From: the human T2T-CHM13v2.0 reference genome, Homo sapiens
Direction: 5' to 3' (one strand)
Assembly: GCF_009914755.1 (NCBI RefSeq)
Contig: NC_060934.1
DNA length: 64,000 bases
Of the stretch, positions 53,681-64,000 are shown piece after piece (position 1 is the first letter of the stretch; each line of letters begins with the position of its first letter). The position numbers and the translations under genes were made by a program. The notes under the pieces were generated by a model. That model was not told the DNA's origin. It searched no databases and worked only from the letters and a program-made list of their open reading frames with translations.

Positions 53681-54072
53681 TGATACAGTTTGGATGTGCA
53701 TGGCTCCCAAATCTCATGTTGAAGTGTGATCCCCAGTGTTGGAGGTGGGGCATGGTGGAGGTGTTTGGATCATGGGGTGGATCCCCCATGAATGGCTTGG
53801 GCCATGCCCTTGGTGATGAGTTCTCACACAGTTCACAGGAGATCTGGTTGTTTAACAGAATGTGGCACCTCCCCCACTCTTTCTCATGCTCCCACTCTCC
53901 TCATGTGATGTTCCTGCCCCTGCATCTCCTCCTGCCATGATTGTAAGCTGAGCTGGTGCCAGTACCATGCTTGTTCAGCATTCAGAACCCAGAGCCAATT
54001 AAACCTTTTTTTCTTTATACATTACCCAGTCTCAGGTATTTCTTTATAACAACACAGGAATGGCCTGGAACA
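53681..54072 (+). mobile_element. MSTB-like solo LTR
   Basis: 'tgatacagtttggatgtg...attacccagtctcaggtatttctttata...aaca'; perfect TSD tatat at 53676-53680 and 54073-54077. Confidence 0.9.
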
Positions 54073-54224
54073 TATATCAGCTAAACATATCAATTTTTGA
54101 GAAATTGCCCCCTCATCTTGCAGCTGGTAAACCACTGCCCCCCATTGGAATTTTGCAAGGAGGTATGGTCAAGGTCAACATTTCCTCACTGGTGTTCACT
54201 TGGAGGGAAGGAGGAAGTCCATGA

Positions 54225-55400
<1,176 letters not shown>

Positions 55401-56444
55401 TTAAAAATTTTTTAAAATCCAGAAAAATCAACTGTTTTTACAAAACATAAAAAGAATGGAAGGCAAAGGCTGAGGGTATTTATGGGAGACATGTGAATAC
55501 AGCGGGGAAGATTTTAGAAGCTGTTTTCCCGTGGACACCTTGAGTTGAGTCCACACCCTGATGGGAATGAGACATCCCAGGCCTCGGAGGTGCTGGACAC
55601 GATCCGTGCAGGTTGTGAGAAACCCCCCACCCCCAACACACACACACAGCTCCTGCTGCTGTCTCCTGTAGCCTTCTCTCCCCGAATCGGTTTTGTGGAG
55701 GAAGCCACGTGTGGCCGGCTGTGCCTGTAAGCTGTTTGGACAACAATTTCTGGGCTGTTCCATCCCTGGTCACTGCTTGACCTAACAGCCGACTCAATCC
55801 TTTTGGTTAAACAGCAAGTTAAGCCTCTTTGTTTGGGCCAGAGCCATGCGTGCTCGGACGTCTGCTGGGAGATCTCTGAAACAGCACAGCTCTTGCCTGT
55901 AGCTGTACAATCTCCTCTCTTCCCCGTTCCTTTCAGGATTATGTGTGTACTAGCAGCGTTTTCACAGTGAAAACTGCACAGACCCTCTCCCAGGGCTCCC
56001 CGCGAGCCCACTGATCCACACCGGAGCCCAGGGCCAGCCATTTCTGTATGGCTTTTGACTGGCTGCAGGCTCTGCAGACCCATGCTTGTTGGTGTGAGTG
56101 CTGCTGAGTCCGGCCCAGATCCTACAGAAATGACTGTGAGAATGATGAATAACGTGGCATGTTCAGACAGAATCAATCCACAGGACGTTAAAAACACCCT
56201 GCCTGCCATTTGGACAGGAAAGTTCCAGGCTTCAGCTCCCAGAAACCACCTTCCTTCATGTGGAGGGACGCAGCCTCATAAGGTCAGAATGAGGGCCTGG
56301 AAAGTCAGGGTGTCCGGCCAGGCCTCTGGGGGTCTGAGGTTATTTTGGGGGGTGACAAATGAGGACACACATAGAGCATGTAATGTCTCTGGGAATTTAA
56401 AATATATAGATGTGTTTTCTTTCCGCTTTTGCACAGAAGACCAG

Positions 56445-56526
56445 ATTTCATTAATGTTTTGTGTCATGTTATTTCACATTTTTGGGTACTGTTATTTCAT
56501 TAATGTTTTGGGTCCTGTTATTTCAT
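56445..56526. repeat. Degenerate ~26-bp minisatellite, ~3.3 copies
   Basis: atttcattaatgttttgtgtcatgtt / atttcacatttttgggtactgtt / atttcattaatgttttgggtcctgtt / atttcat. Confidence 0.8.
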
Positions 56527-57027
56527 GTGTAAAATCTGCATAAATGGCAAAAATGTATTCCCTTTTCTTTTGATATCATACTGATATTACTCTGGATGAA
56601 ACACCTATATTCTTTGAATACACAGAGTTCACAAAGAAAGATACATTTTACACAAATCCCTTTATTTTTAGAATTGCACGTAACTGTTCCATCCTTTCCA
56701 GTGCTTGACAAATATTAGAACTGTGGACAGATACAGTCCGAGGCCTGTTTCCCTTTGAATGATGACATTCCCTTGTCATTTTGATTTTGGAAATAATTGC
56801 ATCTTTTGGATGGATGAATTAACTTTACCAGAGAGGTAAGTATTCAAATATCATGCAAAATTAAATAAAAGAAGAAGTGCTGTTCAAAATAGAAACACAC
56901 ATACCCAATGAACTGATCAGAAAATACAGGAGGAGAAGCTTGGATAGTAGCTGGCTGAAAGCCATTTTATTTTCCCAAACCACGCCTTTACTCTCTTAAC
57001 TTAAAGAATGTGCCTTTTAGAAACTTT

Positions 57028-57424
<397 letters not shown>

Positions 57425-58534
57425 TGAGCATATCTTATGACAAGAATCTCATGCTTTAAAACTCTAAACTATATCCCTATGCAAATTACTGACAATATAC
57501 GTTTTAACATCAGCATTGTACTTTTAACCTTAGGTCTAGGGTTACCAAGTGCTGTGGCACTGCTTTGATACCTTATAGTTTCCAGTTCTAGTTTACAAAC
57601 ATAACATGCCTTTATAGTTCTCAGCGCTCCTTAAATATGTGGATTGGAATTCTAATTCCTTTAAATTTCATGTTGAGTTCTCAGTTTCTCTGCAGCTACT
57701 ATAGCTGCTCTGAGTTGATGTAATTCAAAGTCTCTTTAAAAGAAGCTAGGGCATTTCTCTGTTATGCAATTCCTTCTGTTGCATTGGAGAAACACCGAGT
57801 AATGCAGCCACGTTGGGAAATGCTGTCATTCCCAAATCTAAGTATCCTTTAATGGGACCTACTGAAAAAAAAAGAAGAAGAAGAAGAAATGCCAGTACCT
57901 TTCTTCCACTAAATTGCTTTGGACACATGCTGCTGCTGTTGTTGAACTCACTGCTTTTGTATACGAATAATAAGTTTCCAAGCTGTGGGGAGGAAGACCC
58001 CCCTGATGACTTACAACCCCTCTCAGATCCCATGACCCTACTGCCTCCACCATCAGATCCCACAGCAGCGGACTTCGGGGATGCCGTGAGATCCAGGGGT
58101 GCCTGGGAACGGTTTGCCTCTCCCTCTGTGCCCTGCCCAGCCCTGCGGCCCACGCGTGTGCGTGTAGCACAGTTTGTTCTTCTAAGGACACGTTCCAGAA
58201 TTACTGGAGTCTCCTGAATGCTGAGATGAATAGACTGGGTGAGCTTTAGGTGCTGCACCTGTCCTTCAAAATGAAACTGAACGGAGGCCCGCAGAGTCTC
58301 CCCGGGAAATAGGGACTGAGGATGCGTTCCATCTGGGTTATGCTTTCATCCCTGCAGCCCCTGGTCTGCCCCCCTGTCCTCAGAAACAGCTCAGTCCTTT
58401 CGGTGAAATCGGTGAAATCGGTGGTTCTCATCTTCTGTTTCTTGAACACACGTCTTGTTCCCACCCATCGGTTATGGTTGGAGAAGCATTTCAAGAAAAC
58501 ACCTGTTAGGGCTTTTTGTGTGTGTTAAGCCGCT

Positions 58535-58700
58535 GTGCTGGTGTGCTTTAGAATCATCCGGAAGGTTTGTTAAAACCAGAGTGCTGGGTCTCTTCCCTGG
58601 AGTTTCTGAGTGTGCAGGTCTGGAATAGAGCTCAAGATCTGCGTTTCTAACATGTTCTGAGCTGCTGGTCCCAGTACTACGCTCAGCCAACCAGCCCTCC
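58535..58700. mobile_element. MER5A-like hAT-Charlie MITE
   Basis: 'ttagaatcatccggaaggtttgttaaaaccagagtgctggg...gagtttctgag...aggtctgg...tctgcgtttctaaca...gctgctggtcc'. Confidence 0.75.
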
Positions 58701-60379
58701 AGACTTATATGCAATGAGCCCTGTGGCTTTACACGGTATCTTGATGAAGAAAATGTTATGTAAATCATGCTCTAAAACAACGATTGGATTTCAGTGCAAT
58801 TACAGAAAACCTTTTCATCAAGATGTCTATGAATGAAATACTGATTTTAACAGGCTGCCCATTTTCAACAGCATAAAATCACGCATTCAAAACCATGATG
58901 AGCCCCTTAAATTTTAGGATTGAGTTTCACTTCCTCACTGACATTTTGTGAAAAATAACACCCGCAAGAGGCCTAAACAGGGCGATCGGAACCAAGAAAA
59001 CTTAAGGAAGTATTTGCACGTTTTGATGTGTTTATTTATTTGGGATGCGCGGAGGCTCTGAATGGAGAAAGTCGTCGATGCCTGCACTGGTCTTGGCCTG
59101 TTCTTTATGTTCCGCGCGGTGACAGCTTTAAGATGAAGGAGGAACATAAAGGGTTTCATCACAGGAAATAGAACTATTGCTTTATTCAAACATTTAAAAA
59201 ATAAATACAATAAATCAGGGATTTTTCCCCTTTCCGAGTATTAAATACAGATGTACTGTATGCATATGAAATTTTTGATTAAAATGTCTTTCACCAGTCT
59301 GTCTCTTTAATTAAATAAAGCCTGTTTGGTATTAATCAAGGCACAAAGAATTTATACCCCAAATCCAGATTAATTAAAAGCCTGGGAGCTTGATGAACAG
59401 GCAGTATAAAGACAAAAATAAATCAATCCAAACATGATATTTATGAATATGGACGGTTTGTGAGCAAAATATAAATAATTTAGACAGAATAATATACATC
59501 AGTTATAGGATAGGATTATTTTACATTCTAGAATGAGTTCAAATGTAAATTTGAACCCACATTTTGGATTAAGGTTTCTGTTTCTAACATTTATTGTTCA
59601 TTACTGAGTGATGATAGCTCTTAGTCGTTAATCTCTCACAAATCCTGAAGCTTTTAAGTACCTGCTCAACTGTGCCAGGAAAGGAGTCTAATGTGGCATT
59701 TTCTCTCTTTTGTGCGGAGTTTGGTTTAATTTTGCTTCAAATTACTAATATATCCCCCAATGGAGCAGTCTTAGTGCCTTAGCAAGGGTCATGAGGCCCA
59801 GTTATACAGAATTTAAAATAGATATGTTTGACTCGTTAGTGGTTTTCAAATATATTCAAATATATATACACATATATATTAGTCCTTAGCTACTTTTTAA
59901 AGGACAATGATATCAATATATTTGATCACCTTTAAAACTAAAATATACAATTTCTGCTAATGCACATATAGAAATGGCCTCATGCTGTACATCACCTGAT
60001 TCTCACTAAAGCTCTGCAAATGAGCAAGGCCAAATTTTGAACTAGGATATTCTGACTATAAATCTAATATTTTCCCTATTAGAGCCATATGTCATATATC
60101 TAATCAGGGAAAAATAATCTTATTCAATTGCTGATCTCAATTAGAATGGAGGAAGACCCCTAACTATTTGAAATTCTGTTTCCCTTGGAAAACATTCTGG
60201 CTGAGAATAAACTCCCATTAAATTTACATCCTTCACCTCCTCTTTTCCATTCCCTTTTTCCCCTCTGTTTCTTGTCTTCCCCCCTTTTATCCTCACCACC
60301 CCCATCTTTCTGCTTATTTCTATTTTTCAGTCATATTTGCAGAGGAGACTAGTGATGCAACCTTGGTATATAAATGGAA

Positions 60380-60600
60380 ATGAGACTTAATAAGGTGGTG
60401 ATTCTAATCAGCTGGGGACAAGATGGGTTATTCAGAAAAGATTGTGGGTCTCCATTTAGGCAAGAATGGGAGACCTTGCTAAATACAATGTTCAAAATAA
60501 ATTTCAGGTTCATTAGTTAATACCATAAACACTGTAGAGGAAAATATTAAAGAATATTCTACAACACTGTGCCTTGGAAGGCCTTATTAAGTCAGGTACC
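60380..60600 (+). mobile_element. L1ME-like ORF2 remnant
   Basis: 'aaaataaatttcagg...ccataaacactgtagaggaaaatatt...ttggaaggccttattaag'. Confidence 0.55.
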
Positions 60601-60832
60601 CTAGAACAGATGACTCACAGATTTGATCTTGGCCAATAATCACAAACCAATTGCACCCACAAGCACACCTTAACACATGCATATAGCCAACTTTGTGTCA
60701 AAAAATACACAGCAACAGGTAGTGCTTGGAAGAGACCCTGACACATGCGGTGTTAGTTATTTTATTGTCATCATGGTCATCATCATTTTTATTACTATAA
60801 AAAGGTAGGTGAATTACTTTAAGAGATTTAAT

Positions 60833-61185
60833 GGTATTAGTCTGTTCTCACACCACTAATAAAGAAATACCAGAGACTGGGTAATTTATAAAGGAAAGAG
60901 GTTTAATTGACTGACAGTTCCACAGGGCTGGGGAGGCCTCACAATCATGGTGGAAGAGCAAGGGACGTCTTACATGGTTGCAGGCAAGAGAGCCTGTGCA
61001 GGGGAACTTCCCTTTATAAAACCATCAGATCTCATGAGACTTATTCATGATCATGAGAACGGCACAGGAAAGACCCACCCCCATGATTCAATTACCTCCC
61101 ACCGGGTCCCCCCCATGACATGTGGGAATTGTGGGAGCTACAATTCAAGATGAGATTTGGGTGGGGACACAGCCAAACCATATCA
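60833..61185 (-). mobile_element. THE1B/C-like solo LTR
   Basis: 'gtattagtctgttctcac...ggggaggcctcacaatcatggtggaag...gagatttgggtggggacacagccaaaccatatca'. Confidence 0.92.
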
Positions 61186-63639
61186 AATAATAACATCAAA
61201 ATCAACTTAATATTTGTAGTACTTTTCACCATTTGTTACTGATGTCCTTACTGATCTCAGTTTTAAAGAGTTCTAAATGATTTAGTCAAACGGTATTACT
61301 GTGAAATGTATGGAACTAAACACTTTTCTGTTTAGCTACAGTACAATTTAGCAATATTTGAGATTTTTGAAAAATTATATATCAATAATTATTGTTATGG
61401 TATACTAATTACCAATTACTCATAGTTTATAAAAATAATGGATTTGACAACGTGATAATTCTCTCTGTTGAAATGGTTGAAATGATAATAATTGCATGTC
61501 CAGATTTAAGCAAAAAGCGTAATCAATGTTGCTAAAAGTTTCTCAAATTCGCATGGCAAAGCCCTCATCAGAATGTTGAAATTGCTTTTCTCCAAAAAAT
61601 AGCCGAAAACCCTGGAGAAGCCACAGTTTCAATTTAACCCTTGATCAATGACATGCACTAAAACTAATTGGCATGAGATTTACAGCATTTAAAAAGTGAA
61701 AAATGTATCATAGCAGGAAAAAAGATTCTGCCCCTTTTTTGTTTGTTAATATGTACAAAACAAGATCCATTGATTGATAGCAATGAGTTTGTAGAAGCAT
61801 TTGGGGGTTGTATTGGTTTTTATTCCTAATTTTGCTGAATGGCTGTTTTCAGGTTTTCCTTTAGCTTTTAGGGATGTAGTGTTAGAAAGGGGATTTTTGG
61901 GGATCATATTGTTTATCTTCTAGTGGGAAAGACTCATCATCAACCAGCTGTAAACAAAAGAAACATTTATCTGGCTTCAGAAAGTGATGAGGATGAGGGA
62001 GGAAATTAAACAGAGCAAGAGAAATAGTGATGGTGAGGAGGGAGAAGTTTGCTCTTAAATGAGGCAACCAGGGAAGGCTTCCCAGAAGAGGCAGTTCCTC
62101 AAACATAAGCCATCAGGAAGAAAAGCAATATTTTCAGCTTCTCTAAGTCCTTGCATTGTTAACATTTCTGGTTTTTTTCCCCCATGAGCATTTTGGTCAA
62201 TAACTCTTCACTTCTAAATACTGTTGTTTTGTGTTTTCACTTTTCCTGTAAAATAGACATTTAAAGAATTAACTAATTATAATAGGCTATCTATATAATC
62301 ACTATGATCTGGTATCATCATTCTGATGGTTTAAAGACTTTTGGAGCAAGACTTTGTGTCTTGTTCTACACCGAATAAAAACTATGCAGTTGCAGGTGCA
62401 CCCACACAATGCACACATAGTTTCTAATATTGGTGATCCTTCACTTCTGAAACCATATGGAATAAGAACAAAATTACTCCTCTCATAAAAAAGTGTCTAA
62501 CATATTAAAAGTATTTTTTAAAAGATTTCCAATTTGTAAAGAATGGAAAGGTTTGTGGTTGACCCATGCGCTCTCATTCGATCCTCTGCCCTTTCCCCTC
62601 CATAGTTCTCACCTTCCACGTCTCCCGGGAACAGAGCCTGTAACGTTATTCAGCACACCTTCTGTTGAGCAGAGCACCTGACTTCAAGGAATGTACAACG
62701 GCTTGCCCTGGCGAAAACCCAATTGTGAGCTGCAAAGGAGGACTATTTGATAGCATTCCCTTCTGTCTGTCTTTGAAGGCTGTTCTCAGTTGAGAACATA
62801 TTGAAACGTGAATGATAGATACGTTTGTGAGTATTTTTAACACAGCCTTAATACTCACATATGCCATTATTTCTGCAGATAATGTGCGCCATTCCTCACA
62901 GCTAGGAAGATCATGAGTGTCATTAACGCTGTTTTTACACACTAAATTGGTCTGTTCCCGGACCCCTATCAAAGATGGGATGCTAAAAATTGTTTATCTC
63001 TAGAGACTGGATCAGGAATACAAAAAGGTTCCTGAAATAGGAAAAGCCTTGATTTGCACAGATCAATTTGCTTTATAAATGTTCCTTCTCTCACTCCAGA
63101 AGAAAGTAGACGCTTGCACGTTGAACATAAAATCATCTTGGCTCCAACACGATGGAGCAAAAAAGGTTCTGAACTTGCAACGCACATATTTGCAGGTTAT
63201 AGTAAATCCAGGTTTCCCACCTCAATGACATTTGTTTAGACATCTGCATGTACCAGCTGGTAATGGTTAGTTTACTTCCTATCAATTCTGATTTTGAATT
63301 AGGCTTGTTAATAAGGATGGATGGAAAGCAGGTGTGGTAGTCTCTGAGCGGTTATTGGCATGTAATTGCTTCAGGCTATTGTTTTAAGCAGTTTCCATTT
63401 GTACATTGTTCCAAAGACAGCTGCCAGTAGCAGCTCAGCGAGGATTGCACAACTATTCCATGTAGGATCCAGTGACAGATCTAAACTAGTCATGAAAATC
63501 CTCCAGATCTGGCTTTTAAAACAGAAATGTTAATAGTAAACACAGACATGATAACAGCTGAACTGATGAAAAGGAAAAAAAAAATTGTCTTTTCAGGCAT
63601 TTGAAGGACATAGCTCTACATTTGTAGGCCAACTGCTTA

Positions 63640-64000
<361 letters not shown>

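Overview
This is non-coding primate genomic DNA, most likely human: AluY, AluS and AluJ, THE1/MST and L1PA elements are all present. It is AT-rich, roughly half interspersed repeat, and reads as intergenic or deep intronic. I can support no protein-coding gene, tRNA/rRNA or CRISPR array. The supplied ORFs are Alu/L1/LTR translations, low-complexity artefacts or short chance ORFs, many starting at a non-ATG codon. The only real protein homology is a decayed ERV-L pol remnant (~16.8-18.5 kb, minus strand; RT-connection and integrase motifs) plus L1 ORF2 debris. Best second-look items: (1) four ERV1 solo LTRs within 5.7 kb, one LTR9-like with a Sox-Oct-type motif; (2) a 39-bp x4 minisatellite packed with GGAA (ETS/IRF) motifs; (3) a MADE1 hairpin / AluJ / MaLR-LTR nested stack with a visible target-site duplication (TSD); (4) a probable twin-priming inversion in an old L1; (5) an unexplained ~73-bp diverged direct repeat; (6) several repeat-free, CpG-retaining islands that may be enhancers. 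I found no evidence of a new biological system. Repeat subfamily names come from remembered consensus sequences and need RepeatMasker/Dfam confirmation; boundaries of old elements are approximate.
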